Assembly (NCBI RefSeq): GCF_002105155.1
Contig: NW_019028980.1
Location: 372,001-436,000, forward strand
From: Lobosporangium transversale
Taxonomy: Eukaryota
Length of the DNA stretch: 64,000 nt
Reading direction: 5' to 3'
The notes under the pieces are model-generated. The model was given only the letters and a program-made list of their open reading frames with translations, had not been told where the DNA came from and did no database searches. This document shows, one piece after another, positions 14,579-26,675 of this stretch. Made by a program: the position numbers and the translations under genes. The first letter of the stretch is position 1, and each line of letters starts with the position of its first letter.

Positions 14579-14773
14579 AGAAATCCTCTCCCATTCTATA
14601 ACCCCTTATCATTGTTATAACTCATTGTCATAGTCATCGTATACAACTTTGCCTTTCATATTCCTTCATTCTGTAATACCTTTTCTTCTTCACATTTCTA
14701 CAATAATAAAAATAAATAAATAAAAAAAAAAAAAAAAAAAAAATCTCTTTATTCCAACAAGCTTCATTATAAT

Positions 14774-16045
14774 CTAATCCTCATGAATCCCAAAGGGTTT
14801 CACCAGAGCCTCGACCTTCTCAGTGTCATAAACCTGTCCTAAAATCTTGCGAGCATCATCCACCTTTCCAAAGTTGTTCCACATCAAGAGTCCAACAATC
14901 TTCTTATCTTTCAAATACAAAACAAGACCCTTGTTGTACTTCTCCTTGTCTTCTACCTTAACAGCCTCTGCTGGCAATGGGGTAGCAGTCGCTCTCTCAC
15001 GCTTACCCTCCTTTTCAGACGCAGCAGTAGTAGTTTCAGTCTTTGATTCCTTTGTTTCTCCAGATTCCTCTTTCACAGCTGCTGAATCTGAAACAGTGGG
15101 CTTCTTGGTCCAGATCGAAACAGTTGATAGCTTCGAATCAAGGATACCAACAGCCTCATAACCAATGTGAGGTCCAAGGTCTGACCAGAACATGGATTGA
15201 TGTTTGTATGTCTTATGCAAGTTATCTGAAGCCATGTTCTGGCCTGCAACGCGGCCACCGAGGATGGCGTTATCATAATGTTCTACACGGCGGCGACCCA
15301 ATGTCACGTCGTGGAAAGAGGTCATGTCACCTGCACAATAGACGTTGCGGCGGGCTTGAAGCTCTGCATTGACGACAACTCCTCCACGAATCTCATCCAG
15401 CTCCAATCCAGCCTTCTTGGCAAGCTCTACATTGGCGTCAATGCCCACAGCAACTACGACATGATCGGCCAAGATCTTTTCGCCAGACTCGAGCGTCAAT
15501 TCGACCTGGTCGTCCACAGTCTTGGCTGAAGCTACACGAGAGTTGGTCTTAACGACCACACCTTCCTGTTCTACTTGGGATGTAGTCCATTTGGAGAGGT
15601 ATCGAGGGAAGACCAATCCCATGTTGCCATCTTCGGGGAAGATCTGGATGACCTTCACTTCCTTATCCCTGCCATAGTTTGAAATCGCCACAGCCAACTC
15701 GCTTCCTAAAAAGCCACCGCCAACAATGACAATCTTTTTGTTTGTTGACTTTAAGAGAGCATACAGCTTTTTAAAGTCCTCAACTGAACGGTACGTAGTA
15801 ACTTTGTCCTTTCCAGCACCTTGGAGCACAGGCAGAGTCTTGGGAACACCTCCAGTCGCGAGCAGAACCTTGCCATATTTGAGAGTCTTGCCACTATCCA
15901 ACGTAATGGTCTGCTCTGCAACGTTGAGGTCTGAGACAGTAATACCGGTAAGAAGCTTGACACCACTCTGTGCAGACTCAATATTTTCAAGAGCTTCCTG
16001 GTCCAAAGTTTCAATGGTTTCCTTGCCCTGAAGAACGATGCTATC

Positions 16046-16076
<31 letters not shown>

Positions 16077-17000
16077 CTTAGAATCTTCAATTGGTAATAT
16101 TCAAGATCCCATTATTATAGAAAGTTAAACAATGTAGCTCCAGCATACTTGCGCTCCTTGCCCTGCCAATCCTTGAACGAGAGGTTTTCAGTCGTTTCCT
16201 CAGATTTGTTGAACCACATCTCTTTGGAGAGTGGTGGACGCATGTAGGGTCCAATATCCTCGTTACCAATGATCAAAATCTGAGCAACGATTTTGATGTA
16301 AAAAGTATGACATAAAAAAAATAAAAAAAAAAATAAAAAAAGCATGAACAAACAAGCTTATTCACAAGTATTCTATCGATAGCCTCCAATATCAAAACTC
16401 TCTTTTGCATCTTACAGCTGCATTTGGATCCTTCTCGCGAATTGCCTCCATGGCAGCAAATGAGGCTGTACCAGCGCCTATGAGATCACGATTAAGAGAA
16501 AAAAAAAAAGAAAATTAGCAAGTGTTGAAGTATGATTGATTAGTACGGTTCTTATTCATTCTTTTTTTTTTTTTTTTTTTTTTTGTCCATGAGTTACCAA
16601 TCAAGATATAAGGATAAAAATCCTTTTCATATTTGGGTGAAGAGGTAGAGGCAGCTGCATCAGTCTCAGTGGATTCTGATTCATCAGACTCAGGCTCTTG
16701 CTTAGCGGCCTTATGCGTGGAAAAGGAGACATGAGAATGATGATCGACTTCACCAGTCTTTTTTCTTGGAGGTGGGGCAGTCAATTTGTAGAGCTATAAA
16801 TGTTACAATAGAAAGTAGTGGTTCGAAGAAGGCGGACAGTGGTAAGGAGAATGAATGTTGTAAGGAACGAGTGTAAACAGTAGGTCGTTTTATCGCCAAT
16901 ATGCTCTTTGCTTTTGCTCTTTTCAAACCAATTGAAGTGACATACCAAAGGTCCAAAGACCAACAAGGATCCGATCTACAAGATAAAAATATGTCAGATG

Positions 17001-17034
<34 letters not shown>

Positions 17035-17275
17035 GCTGTGATTCTATCAGTAGTCCTATACTTTCTATAAATTATTCCATAATCCTGGTCTTTACCACCC
17101 AAGGAGCATCAGATGCGTGTTGAGCAACGGGGTGATGTGCAGGAGCAGAGGCATAAGTGCGTGCAGTCTGACGGAGCGAAGGCAAGGCCCGGGTAACAGG
17201 GGTAATAACAGTATTTGCAGAGCGTGTGACGCGGGCAGTTGACCTGAGGGCAGCCCTGAAGGCAAGTGTGTTCAT
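14774..17275 (-). CDS. AIF1: Mitochondrial apoptosis-inducing factor (AIFM1-type FAD/NADH oxidoreductase)
   Basis: Arg/Ala/Thr-rich presequence; PYMRPPLSKEMWF, ATGG, GGGFLGSELA, GRRRVEHYDNA and SMFWSDLGP..GYEAVG match animal AIFM1. Multi-exon. Confidence 0.9.
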
Positions 17276-17627
17276 GGTATTTATTAGAGTAGGAAGAAGG
17301 GAATGCGGAGAAGAAGGAAAGAAGGAAGGAAAAAAATAAAGAAATCAGATCTTCACGCGCTGTCAAGATGAATGTGAGGAATCGTGAACCAATTGGGCCA
17401 ATAAATTGCTTGCAAAGCAAAAAGGCAATGAATTTGCCGTTAATCAGATCCGTTTCACGTGTATACAACAGGGAGGTTGAAATAAGCCACCTCCCACACA
17501 AACTCTTGTCCTTCTCATTTCTTTCATTCTTCACGAAAACTTTTGCTCTTTTGCTTAATCTTACACCGAAAAAAAAAAAGAAAGAAAAGACTTGGAACGT
17601 ATTTAGATTTGGACACACACATTCGGA

Positions 17628-18882
17628 ATGTCGCTCTACGGAGACTTGCCTCCTCCTGTCTCATCAGGAGACAAGGAGAGTCCTGCAAAGAATCAACCGA
17701 CCGATGGAAAGGATAGTGCTTCCAATGGCTTGACTGCTACTTCTAAGCCTGCTCTCCCTGGTACTTGACCCTGCAGAGAACTAAAAACCCTGCCATGTCA
17801 TATCTTGCCGCACATCAGGCACCCACGCACAATATGTTTTATATTGCGCACCATCAATACTTTACCACCTATATATGTTCGTAGCAATAGATGTTCGCTA
17901 ACAATAGGCGCCTTTGAATTATTCCTTCATATCATTCCTCCTCCCTATTCCTCTCAGCCGGCTGGTCTGCATCCATTACTCGCTTCAAGCCCATGTTGAA
18001 CAGGAAAGTGGCTCCGCCTAAACCAAAGCCAGCTCTTAAAGCTATCCCTGCTGGATTTGTAGCCCAAACTTCTACCGAGGTTTCGGAAATACTTCCACCA
18101 CCATCAGCCTCTGGACCATCCGCATCAACATCAACTGTCTCAGGTCAAGGTGCTTCAACATCAACTCTGTCGACGGAGAGTAGCATGGATGAGAACAGCT
18201 GGCTTAAAGCGAGGACATTACAGGTCCAACGTCAGGATAATGAAGGGTTGGTAAGGACAGTGAAATTATGTTATTTTGTGCAGGTCTTTTATATTATAAC
18301 ATGATGAGTAGATAAGCATCTTAAAAGAAAGTTTTTTTTTTTTTTTTTTTTTTTTTTTCGGTTATTAGGCTGCCTTTAGGAAGCAGTCAGCCAAGAAGGC
18401 GCTTACCAAAGGTCAATCTGGACCCATTTCACTTGATGACGACTATGACATTGCCCGGCCGAATGATTATGAGGAATTTAAGGTGCTTTTTGAGGAAGAT
18501 TGGAGGCGATGCCAAGAAGAGCGACAGAAATCGAGAAAGCAGGAAAGCAGAGGTCGTGGATCAGCATATTCTCGATCTCGATCACGATCTTTGTCCAATT
18601 CACGCTCTCGTTCACGCTCTCGTACACGCTCTCGACATCGCTCTCATTCGAGATCACGCTCTTATTCACGTTCCCCAGTGCATCGAAGCAGAAGGTCAGG
18701 ATCTAGATCTAGATCTAGATCACGGTCACCCATACGCGACTCGCGCGCCCTTTCTGAAACTTTTGATAATCCTTCTGGATACAGCAGGAACCAGCCATAC
18801 AATGCATTTCCGCCGAGCTATCCAACGTCATCAACTGTTGCTTATCAGAGAGGCAGAAGTAGAAGCAGGAACAGGAGCAGGA

Positions 18883-18919
<37 letters not shown>

Positions 18920-19496
18920 TAGGAGCAGGAACAGGAACAGGAGCAGGAGCAGGAGCAGAGGTAGACGACGCAGGAGTAGCGGTCCTACTTCTAGATCTCG
19001 CTCTAGATCTAGGTCCAAGTCCAGGTCAAGGTCCAGATCACAATCGCCACGCATCTCCAGGAGAGGATCGTCAAGCTCACAGCGTCCACGTGGCTATCAA
19101 CGATCGCCTTCTCCAAGGAGTGAGACTAGTCATGGGCGAACAACCCAATATAAAGCATTTGCTCCCCCACCTAGTCTCACAGAACCACTGGTTTCCGCGC
19201 GCATACCTGAAGGGACACATACAGTCACCTCTGCAGTGTCGCAACATGCTTCTGCTATCATGAATGACGCCTCTGGCGAAGATGCTTTCCTGCGTCGCGC
19301 TCGTTTAAGCCAGCAACAGCGTTCCATGAATGCTACGGCGCCGCAGCAGTCTATTCTGCCTGCACAGGGACAGCATCAGCAACGGAGTCCATTCATCACC
19401 ACTCCTGCTCAAGCATCATCAAAAGGTAATGTCGTAACGGATCTTTGGTTTTTGTATTAATGGCATTTCTTGATTGTACAAGAACAACAGCTAAAC

Positions 19497-19533
<37 letters not shown>

Positions 19534-19840
19534 AGGTACGCCTTCCACTGTAATTTTATTGACCAATATGGTAGGGCCAGGCGAGGTTGATGATACATTA
19601 CAGGAGGAGACTGCTACAGAGTGTGAAAAATATGGTTCCGTTGTCCGATGTCTGATTTTTGAGGTCCAAAACGGAAAAGTACCTCCAGAAGAAGCTGTGC
19701 GTATCTTTGTAAAGTTTTCCACAATGGCATCAGCAGAAAGAGCCCTTAAAGACTTGGATGGACGATTCTTTGGGGGGCGACAGGTGTGTGGCCGCTTTTT
19801 TGATGAGCGACGATTTGAACTTTTACAGCTTGCTCCATAA
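17628..19840 (+). CDS. SPF45: Splicing factor SPF45/RBM17-like with long RS domain and C-terminal UHM
   Basis: N-terminus MSLYGDLPPP, SPF45 motif DDYDIARPNDYEEF, and C-terminal UHM VILLTNMVGPGEVD..ECEKYG..RIFVKF..GRFFGGR. Confidence 0.88.
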
Positions 19841-20058
19841 ATTCAACCTACCCAGAAGAAGCCCTATGAAAGAAGGTTGTAGCCATTACAGCAATGTTTA
19901 GAATCAGCGCAATAAAATTTACAATTTACCCCATTGGAGAAACATGGATTGGTCATGTATATCAATTATATAGACAAGCAGGAAACTGAAAGAGGAAGAT
20001 GGGAAAATCTAGTTTTATTCTAGTTGGCTCTCTCTTTATTTCTTCACTTTATGTTGGC

Positions 20059-21888
20059 CTATAAAACACATTTAGAGCATTGAAGCACATATGAGGGTCT
20101 GCGGACTATAATCCCAAACAACGCGGCAGCTACAATCCACTTGAAATACTTTCTGATAAAGCCTTGTTTAAAAGGGGGCACACTCTCGACAATGGCCCTC
20201 ATAACTGCAATCTTACTATCCGAAAAAGGAGGATAGCGTCCCCTCGAAAATATCTCAGAGACTGGGCACAGACTCTTGACCATAACGGATCGTGTATGCG
20301 TGAAAGTGTTGAAGGATTCTCTCCCATGATAGGAACCCATGCCAGAAGGGCCTAATCCACCAAAAGGCAGATCCGTCTCAATGATTTGCGTCATAATATT
20401 GTTCACAAGGACGCCTCCAGAACGAGTCGAGTTTAACACTTTGTTGATCAACTTCTTATTATCAGAAAAGAGGTAGAGGGTCAACGGCTCATCGTGAGCG
20501 TTGATATATTCAATCGCTTCATCCGTATCGCTAACACGGATCATAGGCAGTATAGGACCAAAGATCTCTTCCATCATTAAGCCGTCATTACGGCCTACGT
20601 TCTTGATTACTGTGGGAGCGATGTAGAGATCATCTTCACTCACTTGACCTCCGATCACAATCTCACCGGTCATATCTTCTTCTAAAAGCCTGATTAGTCG
20701 TTTGAAATGGTCTTCGTTGACGATTCGAGCGAACTCACTAGACTCTTTTGGGTTCTCACCGAGGAGCGAAATCAGTGCTTCCTTGGTTGCCTCCACAAAT
20801 TTTGCCTCGGCTTTGGAGGTGATTAAGACATAATCTGGCGCAATACATGTCTACATCAATGATGGATTTTTTTGTCAGTGTGGGGATATTCGAAAAATTA
20901 AAATAAAGGTGTCACACGATGTGGAATATTTATATCATTTACCTGACCAGCAGCAAGTAACTTGCCATATATAATTCGTTTAGCCGCGATATTAATGTCG
21001 GCATTTTCGTCGATGATGACAGGCGATTTGCCTCCAAGCTCTAATGTGACGGGTGTGAGGTGTTTTGAAGCAGCCTTCATAATAATCTTTCCGACATGGA
21101 TGGAGCCAGTGAAGAATATATGGTCCCATTTGTATTCTAAGAGCTGTGTTGTTTCTGGAACAGCCCCATTGATGACGATATAACAACTGGTATCAAGATA
21201 TTGTCTGACTAGTTTTGTTAGCAACTTTGCAGAGTTGGGTGCAGACTCGGATGGTTTCATTATGACTGTGCAACCTGCAGCGATGGCACCCACAAAGGGT
21301 GCTAAAAGCAAGTACACGGGATAATTCCAGGGCGAGATTATCATAACAGCGCCTATAATTTGATGTATGGTTATTCAGATGGGCAAATTAAAATCCCAGA
21401 TCAAATATTGAAAAAATTGAACAAATCTCATGTACATTATTAAAATTACCTTTTGGTTGTTTTCTCATAAAACACTTTGTTCCCAGCCTGTTCACCAAAA
21501 CAGGCTTTGTTTTTTCATCTTTTGCCCAGGTTTCTAAATTCACTAAGGCCTTGTTGACTTCTTCTTTTGTGTGTAATATTTCTCCCAAAGTAACCTCGGC
21601 CTTGCTTTTACGGACATCCTTGTACACGGCCTCACAGATAAGATCTTCGTTCTCATCCAGTAATTTCCATAGTTGCTCCAGTTGATGAAGGCGAAATGGT
21701 AGAGGCAGAGTACATCCACTGTTGAATGTCTGCCGCACGGTGACAGCAGCCTTGAATAAGGTTGTATGTAAGTTGTGCATAAATGTTTGTTAATATCATA
21801 ATTATTTTTAAAATAAAACTGAAAACTGAAAAAAGCTTACTTGTTTAATTTCTGCTGGACTGTTGAATTCTAAAATGGAGTTTTCCAT
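20059..21888 (-). CDS. Aldehyde dehydrogenase, ALDH3/fatty-aldehyde type
   Basis: PWNYP, KPSE, FTGS, LELGGKSP, AGQ|TCIAPDY, EEIFGP and GMGSYHG motifs; C-terminal hydrophobic tail. First exon MENSILEFNSPAEIKQ. Confidence 0.92.
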
Positions 21889-22256
21889 GGTGAATGAACA
21901 AAAAAAAAAAAAAAAGGAAAAAAAAACGAATAGTGAAAAGAAAATAGGCAAAGCAGCGAGATGGAGCTCCATCTATTTATACGCAGTATAGCCGGGTGAG
22001 GATACACGCAGCTACGGATTTATAAGACTGCCAAATGTCAGACAAAGGCCATTGCGGTGGGTTTGTTTAAACAAGGATTTGAGTCAGACCTTGGATTTCA
22101 GCTCAAATAGCTTTTTTTTTTTTGTTTTTGTTTGAGCTGAGTTATTGCTACCGTAATGTTAGTTTCACTCAATCGGAGACTCAGCATGTCTGTAAACATG
22201 GCGCATGATGGTATAGGTGCTTGCCCAACATATATTTTATTTAATTCATATCATGA

Positions 22257-22615
22257 TTATTCCGAATCTTGTTGGATGCCAATCATCTTTGGCGAAGATA
22301 GCTTTTGGTCGCCAGTATTGTCATCGTAGGACCCAAGGCCGTCAGTCGTTCTGTCTCCTAGTCTTTCTCTCAGGGTTGCTTTCCTATCAACATAACCACC
22401 GTTATTATTGTTACTTTAATTAGCTTTATACCTTTTACTGTTCACGACATATCTTTGGTTTGTTCAAGAGTAGCGTTACTGATAACGCCGCTTACGAATA
22501 TCGGTCCATCAAGTAGAGTAGCTCCGATCCTGATCCTTCTAGTCTGCTCTCTACTGTTTTCATGCCAGATTCCATAGCGATTGCTCCTCCTGCAACAAGC
22601 CCTACAATGTTTCCG

Positions 22616-22667
<52 letters not shown>

Positions 22668-23176
22668 GATTAATAATGTATGATCTATTTCGCGCGTTTA
22701 AGCGAGTATGTTTTCATATCTTCCAAATAAACATACTAGTGGCCATTGCTAGGGATCGTGTACGGCTCCATGAGCGTGATCGAGCTTGCGATTTCAAAAT
22801 AAAGAACACACAGTGAGTCTTCTTAAGCTTCTTTTTCACACATCGTAAATAAGGAGTCTAGAGTAATCTTCGGCAGTATCGGCATCGTTTACCATAATAA
22901 AATGCTGATATCCCTAATGTAAGAGTTGTGCCGGCAGCTGGAGAAGGGTAAGACAATATTAGTTAAAACTATCAGGACTACACGGTCAAAATATATAATA
23001 TAAATATACATGTGAAATAAAAAAAAAATAAAAAAAAAAGATTACATAATCTAGAACGTACTGATGAGTGTATGTTTGATAACCGCGTATCGCACTGCTG
23101 ACCATTCCTCAGGCGTAAGCTCATGTTGCTCCAGCTTTTTTCGATAGTACTGTGATACACTCTTGGGATCGACCAT
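22257..23176 (-). CDS. Small uncharacterised protein with hydrophobic segments (possible membrane protein)
   Basis: ATG at 23176 (MVDPKSVSQYYRKKLEQHELT..). Downstream exons SRTRSLAMAT|TGNIVGLVAGGAIAMESG..|..IQQDSE* have phase-consistent junctions. Middle exons are not fully resolved. Confidence 0.55.
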
Positions 23177-23419
23177 GATATTTGAATATATGAGGCACGC
23201 AGAAGAAAGAACAATGATCTTTGAAAAAAGGTTCCTTTGTGAACGCTCATTCCTCTTTATTGGCCAGTCACAGTATAACAAGCAAAACAATGGATCCCTT
23301 TTGATGTTAGACATGTACTGAGTCGATCGTAGGCGGACAACAAAAGAAAAAGTTTGTCTTTGGTTTCAGCGACTCATTCATTCATCTTTAAACTAATCCG
23401 ATCGAAGTAAGCAACAAAG

Positions 23420-24529
23420 ATGATTAAACTTTTAATGTTACGGCACCGAGCCTTCTGTCGAGCCTTTTCAACTTCAGTTCGAACAAAGCCCTTTCAGGTG
23501 GCTATCGATGGCCCTGCTGCATCTGGAAAGAGTAAGTGCTTCGGTCATCTATGTGCTACCTTCAGAGCCCCTTAGAATAACCCTTTTAACACAAGAGGAC
23601 ATTTTTTTATTTTATTTTTTAGGTACGACCGCCAAATTAGTGGCGCAACGGCTTGGCTTTGACTATATCGATACAGGAGCATTCTATAGATGTGTAAGAC
23701 CTCAAACTTGCATGTATGACATACATGATATTCATAACTTATTGAGGCTCAATCATTTACTTCGTAAAATATTATGTGTTTTGTCCAGATCACGTTTGCA
23801 ACTCTTTCTAAAGGTATTGATCCTTCAGATTCCAACAATAACCATCAGATCTCTGATATTGCAGAACGGTCCGTAATTCAGCTACAGACTGTCTTTGCAG
23901 AGCCTCCACCAGCATTCAACAATGGACAACCGTCTTCGTCCTTGTCGACAAGATCGTTCTTATTGCCGACTACTCGAGTGTTTTTGAATTCAAAAGATGT
24001 GTCATCAGATATCAGAACAGGGATAGTCTCCAAACATGTTTCAGCTGTGGCAGCCATTGGCAATGTAAGAGAAGCAGTGTTGCAAAAGGTTCGTAACCTT
24101 GGGGCGACAGATGCTCACGTGAAGGGCCCTAATGACAGCAAGAATGACAATAACAACAGTAATAGTGGACTCGCTGCTAAGTTAAGCACTCCCAAAGGTC
24201 TGGTAATGGATGGTCGCGACATTGGCACGGTGGTTTTGCCTCATGCGGACCTCAAAGTGTTTCTAGTGGCAGATAGCCGTGTAAGAGCTGAGCGTCGACT
24301 TCAGGAACTGATTATGAACGCTGCGGATTCAACAGAACTACAGGGACAACTGGATGTTGAAGCTGTTCAGAAGGATCTTGAGAGGCGAGATGAGTTGGAT
24401 CGGACACGAAAAGTATCACCCCTCCGGAAAGCAGAAGATGCAATGGAACTAGATACATCTAATCTTACGATTGAGGAGCAAGTGGATGCCATCGTGCAGG
24501 AAGCCTTGCATAGACAGCGACAGTGTTAG
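23420..24529 (+). CDS. cmk: Bacterial-type cytidylate kinase with putative mitochondrial presequence
   Basis: MIKLLMLRHRAFCRAFST.., AIDGPAASGK|STTAK, YIDTGAFYR, VMDGRDIGTVVLP.ADLKVFL.A, RAERR, RRD..D..RKVSPL and LDTSNLTIEEQV. Two introns. Confidence 0.9.
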
Positions 24530-24843
24530 TGGATCATAAAAAAGTGTAAATATAAATAAACTTCAAAGGAATAATGAGACATGCAAGCTTTCTCAAACTT
24601 GAGATCATCGAGACTATTTAAAACCTAATTGGGGACAGGTGTCACAAAGATCGACACCGATGTTTTGACAACTTCAACATTTCTGCAATAACGCCACCAA
24701 AAATACATGTTTGATGTCATGTATAAAAATTTAAAATCTCGGACAAAAGTGACCACGGAAATTTTTATGAACTCGGACATGGGCTAGACCTCCAGTGCGC
24801 ACATTCTTATTCCACAATTCATTTTTATTATTTTGAAAACATC

Positions 24844-25142
24844 ATGGGAAAGAAAAACAATATGGGGGGAGGATCCATCTTTGCTGCTTACATGGCTGCT
24901 CTACCAGAACAAGCAGTCAATTCGGTAGACGAAGGTATACTGATGTATTTTATATTACTATTAACCATGACACTACATCAGTCATTCGTTTCACTCACCA
25001 ATGACAGACTTTTGATCTTGCTAGAAAAATACTTGCCAGATTCAATGGTAACTATAGCGGGCGTGGATAATTTGGATATACAAAAAACATTCATATGATC
25101 TAGGGTCATTTTGGTTTACAATATACATTTCTTTCTATGATC

Positions 25143-25189
<47 letters not shown>

Positions 25190-26591
25190 AAAGCATCAAC
25201 CCTTCTAGAGCAAATTGGAGCCGAAAGGTCATGGTCTCCAAGAGATATTGAACGGGATGTGGCCATTTTGGATAGAAACAGACTCTACACTATCAAAGAT
25301 CTACGGATCCTCTCACCTCAGAGCTGGAAGGTATTTTGAAGATATGTATCAAGAAAAAAAAAAAGAAAAAAAAAATCTTTATGATTAACAATTCGCTTTA
25401 TAATACGCGTTTCATCTAGGAAATTGAATTACTCCCAATTGTTAAGGACCTATTGCGTCAAGCAGTCAATCCAGCAGTTGGTAAATAGGCCAAAATGATT
25501 TTCTTTCTTTCTTTCTTTCTTTCTTTCGATAACGGCAAACTTTTCAAATATTCCTGAGAGTTGACGTCTGCTCACCCTCCCACTGGATTCTGGAGTTGAT
25601 AGATCATTCAACTTCCACATGTAATGATCACCACGTTACTGGAGTCATTTAGACTAGCCACCATTTTTTTTTCTTGTACTTTTATTATTTTTTTTTTTAA
25701 AAAAAAAAAAAAAAAAACTTTACTTCCAGTACAAGGAACTAATGTACGTTTTCGCTGAATAACTTTGCGGATCAAATACTCCTTTTTAGATTATTACAAG
25801 CTAAAGAAAGAGAAGAAAAAGGCTAAAAAAGAAAAGAAGAAGCGCAAGCTACAGGAAAAACAGTTAAAAAAGATGGAGAAAATGAATTTAAAGGATAGGG
25901 ATGATGGAGTGACAAATGATAATGAACAAACCACTAGTGCTGGTGTTGATGCTGGTGATAGTGAATTATCAGAGACCAAACAACCTGCAGAAGGATTAGT
26001 TACTATTCACAAGGCGGGAAAGGAAAAATCGCTTAAGGATAAAGACAGGAGTAAGGGCGATGGAGACTCCTCATCATCTTCTTCCTCCTCTTCCTCCTCG
26101 TCCTCTTCTTCCTCCTCTTCAGACTCTGAGGTAGAGATGGAAGCCAAGAAACCCAAGATGTCAGCCAGTCAATTACCCATGCTCAAGACGCCCGGTAATT
26201 CGGCGCTGCTCCCAGGTCCAGGTCGGATCCAGCCTATGGGCAATCGTATTCGTGTTACAGCAGGCAACGGAACCACATACGAGGTGGACCGATACTGCCC
26301 ACATAAACATGTTGATCTTGCCACGAAGGTACAATCTATTTTTGTTGCCTGCAAGAGATAAATCTTTTCGAGAATTGGTGTTATTATGTGATATGAAGGG
26401 GATAACAGGGACGAATTTGTACATTGAACTAATTTCTGATGACATCTCTTTGCCTTGATACATATGTCCAGGGCGTTGTCGTGGGTAATACACTCTACTG
26501 TAACAAACATAACTGGGCATTTGCGCTAGATAATAGGGGCTACTGCAGCAAACACGGCGCCACCATTAATGCATGCAAAGTCGATTGGTAG
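24844..26591 (+). CDS. Protein with N-terminal helical domain, Lys/Ser-rich linker and C-terminal Rieske-type [2Fe-2S] motif
   Basis: Spliced C-terminus YCPHKHVDLATK|GVVVGNTLYCNKHNWAF gives CxH..CxxH. Upstream exons join in frame. Confidence 0.75.
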
Positions 26592-26675
26592 CCTGACTTA
26601 TAGTGATTAAAGTGATGACATTATTGTAATAATTATGCTTTCTTTATGTGATACATTTCATAATATGCTAATTGA

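Noticed and set aside
18860..18960. AGCAGG tandem repeats as a CRISPR-like or non-coding array
   Set aside because: They encode the RS dipeptide domain and have no spacers.
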